Shown one piece after another: positions 41,030 through 50,768 of a DNA stretch of 64,000 nucleotides (position 1 is its first letter; every line of letters begins with the position of its first letter). The notes under the pieces are model-generated. The model searched no databases and was not told the DNA's origin. It saw only the letters and a list, made by a program, of their open reading frames with translations. The translations under genes and the position numbers were made by a program. The stretch comes from Microgenomates group bacterium. GTDB taxonomy: Bacteria; Patescibacteriota; Microgenomatia; Daviesbacterales; UBA10151. Where the stretch lies: the NCBI GenBank assembly GCA_041659805.1, contig JBAZXP010000001.1, positions 64,589 through 128,588 on the forward strand, read 5' to 3'.

Positions 41030-41419
41030 GTTTTCATCTTACACTATTTTAAAAAATCCATCAAAAAAACTCCCCGGAGGGAGCTTAAGAAAGACTATAG
41101 TCTTGAGCGAGTCAAGACGAGTCGAAAGATTTAATTCCAAAAAAGTGGTGGGGAGGGTTTTTAAAGAAGCCCTCAACTTCTATCACCATTTACCCTGAAT
41201 TTTGTTCAGAATAGCGTGAAGGTGATCTTGGATCAAACCATGGCTATCATCTCTTGCGAGTTTAATGAAATCCTCCAGCTTGACCTAATCTCCAGAAAGG
41301 AGGTGATCCATCCCCAGCTTCGGCTAGGGATACCTTGTTACGACTTAAGCTTCATCGCTGGTTTCACCTTCCTCCGTAATCACGGAGTTCGGGTGCCCCC
41401 AACTTTGCTGCCTTGACGG

Positions 41420-42292
41420 ATTGGAATAACTTAAGGTTGTTTTCCGTTCCCACCCGGCGAGCCGATTTCCGGCACCGGGCGAGCCCTAATGATGCATTAA
41501 TGCTTTTAAATTTCGAATCTTAGTTTCTCCCTCTAAAGTAAAGTGTTCTTTTTTAATGATCATTTTTGAAACTTGAGAAAAAATCTCAAAATCTCTTTTC
41601 TTCTTGGGACTAAGGAGTTGATGCTTATCAAAAAAATCAATCAATTTTAACTTATCTTCGTTCGAGTTTACCTCAAAACGATAACAAGATTGGTGATTTT
41701 TTCTCTTCTCTTTTTGATAATAAATAAAACCAAATCCTAAGTACTTTTTAATAGTTTCTAAAACTAATAAATCATCTTCACGAAGTTTTATATAAAAATG
41801 AGACTTCGCCATAATGTGTGCTTTTGGGTTTTTTGTTTTATCCCTCTCTGTTAAAAGAATATAAAAACATCCTTCTCCATCACTAAGACCAACTATATAG
41901 CTTGCATCTATCATTAGGTAGTTCCCTTCATCACCGCAGCGTAGTATTTTCAGTATAAACTGAACCTAAAACACTGTCAATAACTACTATGAAACTGCTG
42001 ACTTCCTACCAAGCAATTACCTTCTTCTTAGTAGGATCTCCATGGGTTATATATATCACTGTTCCAAACATTCCATTAAAGTTCTTAGACTAATTTGTTA
42101 AGTTTCTCTCAAACCGCCCGATGAGATCACTTATTAAAAGAACTCTTTTTAAAAATGGACTGTTTTTTGTCTCAGGCCCTCCAGCTAAATCAATTACTCA
42201 ATCTAGCCTGCCAATTTTTTTTGACTATCCACCATTGGTGGAGTAGGATTTTAACCTACTAGTTATATATACTGCCACGCGCGCATAAATTT
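41420..42292 (-). mobile_element. insertion (putative group I intron) in 16S rRNA at ~E. coli 1402/1403, carrying a LAGLIDADG homing endonuclease gene
   Basis: Exon junction reconstructs ...CTTGTACACACCGC|CCGTCAAGG... The interrupting ~870 nt contains ORF 41486..41914 in the same orientation as the rRNA. Confidence 0.65.
41486..41914 (-). CDS. single-motif LAGLIDADG homing endonuclease encoded inside the 16S insertion
   Basis: MIDASYIVGLSDGEGCFYIL is the LAGLIDADG motif (GFxDGEGCF type). 142 aa, typical of the I-CreI-like family. Confidence 0.75.
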   Translation of the reverse strand: MIDASYIVGLSDGEGCFYILLTERDKTKNPKAHIMAKSHFYIKLREDDLLVLETIKKYLGFGFIYYQKEKRKNHQSCYRFEVNSNEDKLKLIDFFDKHQLLSPKKKRDFEIFSQVSKMIIKKEHFTLEGETKIRNLKALMHH

Positions 42293-43576
42293 GCGGTGTG
42301 TACAAGAGGCGAGAACGTATTCACCGCGACCTGCTGATTCGCGATTACTAGCAATTCCGACTTCATGAGGTCGAATTTCAGACCTCAATCTGAACTGGGG
42401 CGAAATTTGAGAGATTAGCTTGCCGTTACCGACTTGCAACTCGTTGTTTTTCGCCATTGTAGGGTGTGTGTAGCCCAGGGTGTAAGAGCCGTGCTGACTT
42501 GACGTCATCCGCGCCTTCCTCCCCTCAAAGAGGGGCAGTTCCGCATGAATTATTTAACATACGGTGCGGGTTGCGCTCGTTATCCGACTTAACGGTACAG
42601 CTCACGCCACGAGCTGACGACAGCCATGCAGCATCTGTGCTAGTCTCCTTGCGGATTTTCCCAGTTTCTTGGGAATAGAACTCTAGCATGTCAAACCCTG
42701 GTGAGGTTTTTCGCTTTGTCTCGAATTAAACCACACGCTCCACTGCTTGTGCGCCTCCCCGTCAATTCCTTTGAGTTTTAAACTTGCGTTCGTACTCCCC
42801 AGGCGCTCTGCTTAACGCGTTAGCTTCGACACTGATCCGAAAGGACCAATATCTAGCAGAGATCGTTTACGGCTTGGACTACGCAGGTCTCTAATCTGCT
42901 TCGCTCCCCAAGCTTTCGTGCCTAAGCGTCAAGAATACACCAGATGTCTGACTACTCCTTCGGCGTTCCCGATCATATCAACACATTTCACTGCTCCATG
43001 ATCAGTTCCAACATCCTATTGTATCTTCCAGGCCGATCATATTTTGCCCGAAACCGTGGTTGAGCCACGGGCTTTCAAGCAAAATGCATCGGTCCGCCTA
43101 CGCAACACTTTACGCCCAATAAATCCGGATAACGCTTGCACCCTACGTATTACCGAGGCTTCTGGCACGTAGTTAGCAGGTGCTTATTCTTGTGGTACCG
43201 TCATAATCTTCCCACATAAAAGGAGTTTACAACCCGAGGGCCTTCAATCCTCCACGCGGCGTCGCTCGATCAGGCTTTCGCCCATTGTCGAATATTCCCA
43301 GTTGCTGCCACCCGTAGGTGTATGGGCCGTTCTCAGTCCCATTGTGGCTGACCATCCTCTCAGACCAGCTATCCGTCGTCGCCTTGGTAGGCCATTACCC
43401 CACCAACAAGCTGATAGAACGCGGGCTAATCTCAAAGCGCATTGCTGCTTTACTCTTACGAGCACATGGGAGATTACCCAACCTTTCGGCTGGCTATATC
43501 CCACTTCGAGGTATATTCCCACGCATTACTCACCCGTCCGCCGGTTATCTTGCGATCCCCTTGACTTGCATGCTTA

Positions 43577-43619
<43 letters not shown>

Positions 43620-43802
43620 AATAAAAGTGAATTTGTATCCAGCTCCACTAATAAATCAATGAAGCTTTCAACAAGCTTCACTCAAAGAATTGACAAAAGA
43701 TTATCTCAATAAATTGAGATTGCACTCTTGTTTATCGATTTACCTAGACTTGGTAAATCATTTTCCCACCACTTTTCCGGAATTAAACGCCTAAAAAGGC
43801 AT

Positions 43803-43835
43803 GAAAAAACCGAAAAAGGGTAAAAACTTTTTCGG
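43803..43835 (-). terminator. rho-independent terminator for the acidic-protein gene (hairpin CCGAAAAAG-GGTAAAAA-CTTTTTCGG followed by a U-run on the minus strand)
   Basis: 9-bp perfect stem at 43810..43835. On the minus strand it is followed by TTTTTTCATGC. About 165 bp downstream of the stop at 43999. Confidence 0.45.
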
Positions 43836-43998
43836 TTGTTAATGTGCCGTGAAGTTAAGCGACTAGCGCATACTTTACGGCTATGAAGCAAAATATTTAA
43901 TATTTGTTGTAAACTTCATAGCAAAACTGAAAATAGTATCCCAATCACTCAGGACTAGTTTCCAAGTAGAAAGATTTTAATCTAAATTGAAGCTATTG

Positions 43999-45282
43999 TC
44001 AAACAGCTGACCTGCCGGAGAAATTTCTTAAATTTAAAACTGCGTTGGGCTTCGGATTTAGAACTCTTTTAACATCCTCTTCCCCTGCTTCTTGTCCTGA
44101 TTCTGAAATAGTAACAGGAATAAACCTTCTATTTAATTCCCAGCCTTTTTGTAAAATTTCCCATTTGGTTTTTAAACCCAGCTTACCAATTGCTGCAACG
44201 AACAAACGGTAAGCTCCGTCACCCTGATAAAATGGGCTCAAAAAGTCAAGCATATTTTTGGTTAAGATTCCGCTTTTTACTGCCCTGTTTTCTATTTCTG
44301 TTGGCATGCCGGCTGCTACTATCTCAGCATCGATCATCTCTTCCGGAATCCCTTCTACTGCTTTTTTCAAAGCCTCGTCCCTTTTTGCCAAAGCTTCAGC
44401 ATCAAGCACAAATTTATATTGAGGTTTCTTTATTTGCTTTTTTTCCTCCTCTGCTACTTCCTCCTCAATAACTTCTGTTTTTTCAATCTCAGTTACCTTT
44501 TGTTCTGATTTTATTATTGTCTGCTTCATGATTTGAGCAACTGCTTCAGGTTCAGTTCCTGATTGAATTAAAGCTGTTTGTACCAATTCAGTAGCAGAAG
44601 CTTCCTCTATCCCTGCAGTGATTAAACTTTCATAAGTAATACTCGCCTGAATTGCCTCAGGAATTGATATTGGATCTGAAAGAATCTCAGGTAAAATTGA
44701 AGTTACTTCAGATAAAGATGCTAAATTTTCTGCTACTTCCACGATTACATCTTCAGACACCATTTGCTCAATGTTTTGAATAACTAATTCAGGAACAATT
44801 TCCTGAATAATATTTTCTTCAGTCAAAGCTTCCTCAATTTCCCTGTCTAATATTTGCGATAAAGGGGCTTCTAAAATTTCATCAGAAATTTCTACTATTT
44901 CAGGTTCTGAAAAAAAACTGGGTTCGATAATAGATTCTAAATACGAAGACGGAATTAGGATTTCTTCTACAGAATCTTCTGTGAAAGCATCACGGAAAGC
45001 TTGAGGTACCTCATATGTAGGTACGTCAGGATCTAAATTTATATCCGCAAAACTTTCATTAAAGATTGACGGAATTGGAGTTATATCTATTGAAGGGCTA
45101 TTAAAAATATCTATGCTTGGATTAAGTGATCCCCCGCTTAAACCCGACGTTTCGAATGAAGAAAAACTACTAAAAGAGGAGAACTCTGATCCCATCCCGA
45201 TTCCAGGACTGGAAGGCGCAGATATACCCACACCGGCAGAAGAAAAGCCATCGCCTGAGATTGATACTCCTTCGATACTCAT
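43999..45282 (-). CDS. highly acidic, low-complexity hypothetical protein
   Basis: 427 aa. Extremely Glu/Asp/Ile/Ser-rich N-terminal two-thirds with a more ordered C-terminal ~150 aa. No motif. Confidence 0.45.
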   Translation of the reverse strand: MSIEGVSISGDGFSSAGVGISAPSSPGIGMGSEFSSFSSFSSFETSGLSGGSLNPSIDIFNSPSIDITPIPSIFNESFADINLDPDVPTYEVPQAFRDAFTEDSVEEILIPSSYLESIIEPSFFSEPEIVEISDEILEAPLSQILDREIEEALTEENIIQEIVPELVIQNIEQMVSEDVIVEVAENLASLSEVTSILPEILSDPISIPEAIQASITYESLITAGIEEASATELVQTALIQSGTEPEAVAQIMKQTIIKSEQKVTEIEKTEVIEEEVAEEEKKQIKKPQYKFVLDAEALAKRDEALKKAVEGIPEEMIDAEIVAAGMPTEIENRAVKSGILTKNMLDFLSPFYQGDGAYRLFVAAIGKLGLKTKWEILQKGWELNRRFIPVTISESGQEAGEEDVKRVLNPKPNAVLNLRNFSGRSAV

Positions 45283-45340
45283 CTTAAGCCTCCTTTCTAA
45301 CTTACAAGTGAATTATACCAAATATTATACGAAAGTTCAA

Positions 45341-45883
45341 CTAATCTAAGCCTGCATCACTAATTATGCGGTATAAAACAATTCCCAAAGAAACCATTAC
45401 ATTTAAGGAAACATTTACTCCAAGCATAGGTAATTCAACTATCCCATCACATAAATCCAACACTTCTTTGGATACCCCATTACTTTCATGCCCTACTACC
45501 AAAGCAATTGGTAATTTGTAGTCAAATTTATCATATGGAACAGATTTATCAGATTGCTCCACTGCTACAATCTGCAAATTTTCAATTTTCAATTTTAAAT
45601 TTTCAATTGCCAAAACTGCTGTTTCACAATATTCCCAGTCCACTATTTCCATAGTATTAATAGAAGCTTTTTTTATTCTGTGATTGGGGGGTGTTTCAGA
45701 ACCTTTACAAAGATAAATCTTTTTAACATTTACAGCATCAGCTAATCTAAAGATACTTCCTATATTATATGTGTCCAAAACATCATCCAAAATAATATAA
45801 ATCTCATTTTTCTTTCTTGGCAAAAGTCTTGAAACAGTTCTTTGCAGACGTGATTTTCTAAGTTTGGTAGCATTTAATTTCAT
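45341..45883 (-). CDS. SpoU/TrmH-family RNA 2'-O-methyltransferase
   Basis: IYIILDDVLDTYNIGSIFRLADAV...LVVGHESNGVSKEVLDLCDGIVELPMLGVNVSLNVMVSLGIVLYRI matches the SpoU methylase motifs, including the trefoil knot region. Confidence 0.7.
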   Translation of the reverse strand: MKLNATKLRKSRLQRTVSRLLPRKKNEIYIILDDVLDTYNIGSIFRLADAVNVKKIYLCKGSETPPNHRIKKASINTMEIVDWEYCETAVLAIENLKLKIENLQIVAVEQSDKSVPYDKFDYKLPIALVVGHESNGVSKEVLDLCDGIVELPMLGVNVSLNVMVSLGIVLYRIISDAGLD

Positions 45884-45986
45884 TATTCAACAATTTTAAC
45901 ATATATTGTATAATCTTATATTATAGGTTTATAATAGACAGGTCTAGCATCTTGGTAATTAGTACTTATAATTAATTAAAGAACTT

Positions 45987-47093
45987 ATGTCAAAAGATAT
46001 TGATTATGATCCGATAAGGAGAAGAATAGTTTTTGGAATACCATTATTAATGGTAGCAGCCGCAGTTGGTGGACTTTCTTGTGATTTTCCAGAATCCAAA
46101 GATAGCAATGTTGAAAAAACCACTGGAATATTACTAGGGCTTAACCAAAATATTGATGAAATTCAGGCAATAAGAGGAAGTGAAAAATGGTCCAAAGTTG
46201 GGACTCGTTATTTTGTAGAGAGAGAAAATGAAACTATTGAGGGTATAGCAGACAGAAATCAAACTACACCTGACAAAATTAGACAACTGAATAAACCAAA
46301 TGGACTTTTTGGGAAAGATATTTTTTCCAGAGGTGAAATATTTTTGGTGCCTGTTAGCCCTACTCCAACCCGTTTTTTTGGTGAACTTTTTGATCAAACT
46401 AGGGAAACTTTAACAAACCTTGAGGGTATTAAGAAAAGTAAAGGTGCTACTTCAACTGAAGCAAAAACATCGGCAGCTCACATTGAAGCAAAATGGTATA
46501 CTGCTCCGGCAAAGTCTGAACCAGTTAAAGCACCTGAAATTGTTGTTGACTTTGAAGTTAATAATATTGACGCCTCCCGCATAACTTCTGAGATTGCTGA
46601 ACTCATTGATCCCCTACCTAAACTAGGACGTTTTGTTAAAAAGATTTCTGTTGTTGATTGGAAAAAATCTCCTAATGGGCTTTTGTTTAACTTTGATCTA
46701 AATGATCCCAGAGCACAAATTACTATACCAACCAGGTTAGGACATGATAAAGAAGACTGGACAAAAGAAATCCGCAGCAGACACTTGGCTGGTTCAATTG
46801 GCAGCTTAATCAGCATTTACCGGGATGATTCTCTTGTCTCTCAGTTTATGCCAAAAACAGAATTAATAAAATTCTTACTTGAATACACCAAAATTGCTGA
46901 TAAAAGAATTGAACTATTTAGTCCAAATGGAACAGCTGCCTTACTGGAAGATGGAGAATTTGCCTGGTCTATTGCCAGCAATTTAACAAAAATAGATAGT
47001 TCTTCTTCAAGCCCCAAAGAAGATAAAATCAGGGATGAAATTTCTGCATTAAACGAAAAATGGCTTTCAACACTGCTTGGCAAAAAACAATAA
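45987..47093 (+). CDS. LysM-like domain protein (paralog A of 52657..53982)
   Basis: 368 aa. LysM-like block ETIEGIADRNQTTPDKIRQLNKP...GEIFLVP. Shares a near-identical ~110-bp DNA segment (46440..46550 vs 53300..53410; STEAKT..A.IEAKW.TAPAKSEPVK.PEI.VD) with the paralog. Confidence 0.55.
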   Translation: MSKDIDYDPIRRRIVFGIPLLMVAAAVGGLSCDFPESKDSNVEKTTGILLGLNQNIDEIQAIRGSEKWSKVGTRYFVERENETIEGIADRNQTTPDKIRQLNKPNGLFGKDIFSRGEIFLVPVSPTPTRFFGELFDQTRETLTNLEGIKKSKGATSTEAKTSAAHIEAKWYTAPAKSEPVKAPEIVVDFEVNNIDASRITSEIAELIDPLPKLGRFVKKISVVDWKKSPNGLLFNFDLNDPRAQITIPTRLGHDKEDWTKEIRSRHLAGSIGSLISIYRDDSLVSQFMPKTELIKFLLEYTKIADKRIELFSPNGTAALLEDGEFAWSIASNLTKIDSSSSSPKEDKIRDEISALNEKWLSTLLGKKQ

Positions 47094-47159
47094 GCACCCA
47101 CAGCTTCAATCAATAGTTGTATTTTCCCTCAAATTATATATATAGTTAAATATATATTT

Positions 47160-48092
47160 ATGGATATACAATCAGATGCTCCAAAAATAACATCTTCAAA
47201 AGTTAATAAACCAATTATTTTTATTCCCTTGATTATATTAATTTTAATTGGGGTATTTTTATATTTTAATAAACAAACTTCTCTTTTTATTGATCCTAAT
47301 ACTATTGATTTAACTAAAGGTAGGGTTATAGATTTAAAGGACAATTTTGGATTTTATATAGAACAAGCACCAGAAGTTTGTGATCAATCTAATTTAAGTA
47401 AATATTTTAAATCTTTTGTGATTCCTGGAAAGAATGGTGAAGCTACTACAAGTGGAGCAATGTCTGTTTATGGAGAAACTACCTGGAATTATATCTTGCA
47501 GGGAGAAATATCTAAAATTGAAACTAACAGCAGTGGTATTAAATATACTTTAGTTAGTGGTGAAAATAAATTAATTACACAAAGCACAAATAACACCACT
47601 ACCTTTTTAAAGAATCCTACAGCCTCACCTAGTAGTAGCTTAGTCCCAACCAAAATTAATGCTTCAACCTTTGCAATAAAAGATAAAGTATATCTGTACT
47701 ATCTAGTTAAATGTGGGGGCAATAAATCACCTCTACTCTTTTTAGAATATATTCAAAAGATTACAGCAAAACAAACCAACACCACAGCAACCAGTTCTGG
47801 ATATTTAAAAATCATGTCTGATGGTTTAGGCAATTTTTACGGACAAGTTAAAGAAAAGGGAGAAAATTATCTGATTTTAGGCAGAGGCACCCAAACTATT
47901 AAGATAATAATTCCTAATAATGTTCCAATTAATATAGTTCCTAAATCTATACTAACTTCAGACGCTGATTTAGCTAAACCACCAACCGAGAGCATATCAT
48001 TATCTTCAGTTAAAATAGGTGATTTTGTCAGTGTTACAGGTAAATATGATGGAAAATTACTAACAGCTGCTTTTATAGCTGTTACTAAATAA
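47160..48092 (+). CDS. N-terminally membrane-anchored extracytoplasmic protein (paralog A of 49775..50764)
   Basis: 310 aa with one N-terminal TM helix. Long conserved blocks are shared with the paralog (YIEQAPEVC.Q.NLS.YFKSF, SVYGETTWNY.LQGEIS.IE.N.SGIKYTLVSGENKLITQS, AIKDKV.LYYLVKCGGNK.PLLFLEYIQK). Confidence 0.55.
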   Translation: MDIQSDAPKITSSKVNKPIIFIPLIILILIGVFLYFNKQTSLFIDPNTIDLTKGRVIDLKDNFGFYIEQAPEVCDQSNLSKYFKSFVIPGKNGEATTSGAMSVYGETTWNYILQGEISKIETNSSGIKYTLVSGENKLITQSTNNTTTFLKNPTASPSSSLVPTKINASTFAIKDKVYLYYLVKCGGNKSPLLFLEYIQKITAKQTNTTATSSGYLKIMSDGLGNFYGQVKEKGENYLILGRGTQTIKIIIPNNVPINIVPKSILTSDADLAKPPTESISLSSVKIGDFVSVTGKYDGKLLTAAFIAVTK

Positions 48093-48096
48093 TTAT

Positions 48097-49713
48097 ATGA
48101 ATTTAAAAATAAAAGCTTTATTAATATTTTCGTTTTTTTCCTTGATGTTATTTGTTTACCCAAAACAAGCTCAAGCATGTGTTTATGGTCCAGACGACAT
48201 GGGATGTGGAGATCCGGAAGGAGTTTGCTGGACAGTTGATGCTGGTGGCAATTGGCATGGAGACCGTACGAGTTGTGGTCAACCTCCTCCACCACCTGAT
48301 TCCCCTGTGGTTACAGGGCATTTAAGAGATTTTTTTTATCAACCCATAGTTGGAAAAGAAGTTAGATGGACAGACAAACTCGGAAATGTCCGTAAATACT
48401 GGACAGACGCAAATGGATACTTTTCTTTTTCCAGCTGGTTAAATATATCAGGAGCTCAGCGTACAGCAGAATATGGCTCTTTCCCAAATGCTCCATGGAC
48501 ATCTAATACCTATCAGTATGAGGCTTTTAGTGCAGCCCAAAATGCTCACACATTTACAGGTATTAAACCTGGCAATTGGTATGGAGCCATGGTTGTCCGT
48601 TCAGGAATTCTTTTAGCTGCCACCCCTGATCCAACTATCATAGATTTGTGGTATAAAAATACTCCTACTGCTTCCATTAATGGTCCTACTTCTGGTTATG
48701 TTGGGACAGCATATAATTTTGCAGCTACGGGTACTGGACCAGGGATAGGAAGAGTACAAGTTTATTGGGCCAGACAGGGTGATACTTTAAGTAGCCCCAC
48801 TGCATGGACTATGGTAAATCAAGTCACTCAGTGTGCTGAAGGCCAATGGCAAAATTGTTGTGATGGAAGCAGTACCTGTACTCTTTATACAGCTTCTTTT
48901 ACCCCTCCTTCAGTAGGATCATATTATATTACTGTTAATTCTTATGCTGATTTCCATACTCCCAGCACAGTCTGTTCAGGTAACCCCTGGATTGATACTG
49001 GCCAGATCACAGGTGTGGCTAGTTGTAATTGGGGCAGTGCTACTGATTGGATATTATTTACTGCTACCAACGCTCCTGTTGATGGAGGCTGGGGTGTAAA
49101 TGGAGGATGGAGTGCTTGTTCTGCTTCTTGTGGTGGTGGGACACAAACCAGAACTTGTAATAGTCCTCCTCCTTCTAATGGTGGGCTGCAGTGTTTAAAA
49201 AATGATGGTTCCAGAGGCCTAACAGATACTCAGAGTTGTAATACACAATGTTGTGCTGTTAATGGTGGTTGGACAGCTTTTGGAGCCTGGAGTAGCTGTT
49301 CTCTAACTTGTGGTGGTGGGACACAAAGTAGAAGCAGATCTTGTACTAATCCTGCTCCTTCTTGTGGTGGGGCTGCCTGTAGTGGGTCTGCCACAGAAAC
49401 CCAAGCCTGTAATACCCAAGCCTGTCCTGTTACTGGAGGCTGGGATCATCCAGAAGATCCTGATGGAAATCCTGCCACACCTGACTGGGGTCTGTGGGGA
49501 GCTTGTTCGTCTAGCTGTGGAGGTGGTACTCAAACCAAAACAAGATATTGTAACAATCCTACACCACAAAATGGTGGTCCAGAATGCAGGAGAGGTAATG
49601 GTACATATACCACCCCTGGAGACAGAACAGAAACTGCAAGTCAAGGATGCAATAATATCCCTTGTTCAGCTTACCTCAAAACCACAGGTGGTGATGTTCA
49701 TGCTAATCAGTAA
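48097..49713 (+). CDS. secreted Cys-rich protein with three C-terminal thrombospondin type-1 (TSP1) repeats (paralog A)
   Basis: 538 aa with a signal peptide. Three repeats match the TSR consensus W..W..CS.(S/T)CGGGTQ.R.R.C..P.P.NGG..C.....C....C: GGWSACSASCGGGTQTRTCNSPPPSNGGLQC..., WTAFGAWSSCSLTCGGGTQSRSRSCTNPAPSCGGAAC...ACP, WGLWGACSSSCGGGTQTKTRYCNNPTPQNGGPEC... Confidence 0.7.
   Translation: MNLKIKALLIFSFFSLMLFVYPKQAQACVYGPDDMGCGDPEGVCWTVDAGGNWHGDRTSCGQPPPPPDSPVVTGHLRDFFYQPIVGKEVRWTDKLGNVRKYWTDANGYFSFSSWLNISGAQRTAEYGSFPNAPWTSNTYQYEAFSAAQNAHTFTGIKPGNWYGAMVVRSGILLAATPDPTIIDLWYKNTPTASINGPTSGYVGTAYNFAATGTGPGIGRVQVYWARQGDTLSSPTAWTMVNQVTQCAEGQWQNCCDGSSTCTLYTASFTPPSVGSYYITVNSYADFHTPSTVCSGNPWIDTGQITGVASCNWGSATDWILFTATNAPVDGGWGVNGGWSACSASCGGGTQTRTCNSPPPSNGGLQCLKNDGSRGLTDTQSCNTQCCAVNGGWTAFGAWSSCSLTCGGGTQSRSRSCTNPAPSCGGAACSGSATETQACNTQACPVTGGWDHPEDPDGNPATPDWGLWGACSSSCGGGTQTKTRYCNNPTPQNGGPECRRGNGTYTTPGDRTETASQGCNNIPCSAYLKTTGGDVHANQ
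48964..49634. repeat. 671-bp block identical to 51663..52333 (TSP1-repeat coding region), copy A
   Basis: Base-for-base identity was read across both copies. Identity begins at agcacagtctgttcagg and ends at acagaacagaaac, then resumes for the last ~50 bp before the stop. Confidence 0.8.
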
Positions 49714-49774
49714 AATTTAGCCAGCAGTTGCATTTTTCCTTAAGATATATATATAGTTAAAGTATACAAGATGT

Positions 49775-50764
49775 ATGCATATTCACAAAAAAGTCAAAGC
49801 TCATATCAAACATCATTTAGAAAAAAGACATAAACATCATATGGATACTTCTTCAAAAATTAAAAAACCAATTGTTTTTGTTCCCCTATTAGTTTTAATC
49901 ATCATAATTTTAGTAGCTGCATTTTTGTATTTTAAAAAAACACCATTTCAGCTAATTTCTTCCAATACCATTGATTTAACTACAGGAAAAGTTACTGATT
50001 TAAAAGATAATCTAGGTCCTTATATTGAACAAGCTCCTGAGGTGTGTAATCAGGATAATTTAAGTGCCTATTTCAAATCGTTTACAGTTTCTATTGAAGC
50101 AGGAAAACCTACTAAAAGTGGAGCGCCATCTGTCTATGGAGAAACAACTTGGAATTATCTACTGCAGGGAGAAATTTCTAACATTGAAGCTAACAACAGT
50201 GGTATTAAATATACTTTAGTTAGTGGTGAAAATAAATTAATTACCCAATCCTTAAATAATACTGTTTCTTTTATTAAAGATATTGCTTCTTCTAGTGGTG
50301 AGTTAACCCCTAAAGTTGTTAATGCTTCTACTTTTGCTATAAAAGATAAAGTTTTTTTATACTACTTAGTTAAATGTGGGGGTAATAAACCTCCTCTGCT
50401 CTTTTTAGAATATATTCAAAAAGCAGCTATTGCATCCCAGCAACCTTCAACAGTTGCTACCAGTTCAGGTGGATTGAGAACCAGAAGTAATAATTGGCAA
50501 GGCTTTAGAGGTACAGTAAAAGAAAAAGGAATAAACTTCTTAGTTTTAATAGGAGGAGGACAAACAATGAAAGTTGAGATTGGTAATAATATCCACTTAC
50601 GGGTAATCGATGAGGCTGAATCTTTGAAAAACCCAGATCTTTACTCTAAACAACCACCACAGGAAACATCAATTTCTGCAGTAAAAATTGGTGAAACAGT
50701 TGATGCAACAGGAGTGATTGATGGAGTAATATTTAAAGCTATGTCTGTTCTTATTATTAGATAA
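49775..50764 (+). CDS. N-terminally membrane-anchored extracytoplasmic protein (paralog B)
   Basis: 329 aa. Same architecture and conserved blocks as 47160..48092. Confidence 0.55.
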   Translation: MHIHKKVKAHIKHHLEKRHKHHMDTSSKIKKPIVFVPLLVLIIIILVAAFLYFKKTPFQLISSNTIDLTTGKVTDLKDNLGPYIEQAPEVCNQDNLSAYFKSFTVSIEAGKPTKSGAPSVYGETTWNYLLQGEISNIEANNSGIKYTLVSGENKLITQSLNNTVSFIKDIASSSGELTPKVVNASTFAIKDKVFLYYLVKCGGNKPPLLFLEYIQKAAIASQQPSTVATSSGGLRTRSNNWQGFRGTVKEKGINFLVLIGGGQTMKVEIGNNIHLRVIDEAESLKNPDLYSKQPPQETSISAVKIGETVDATGVIDGVIFKAMSVLIIR

Positions 50765-50768
50765 AACT

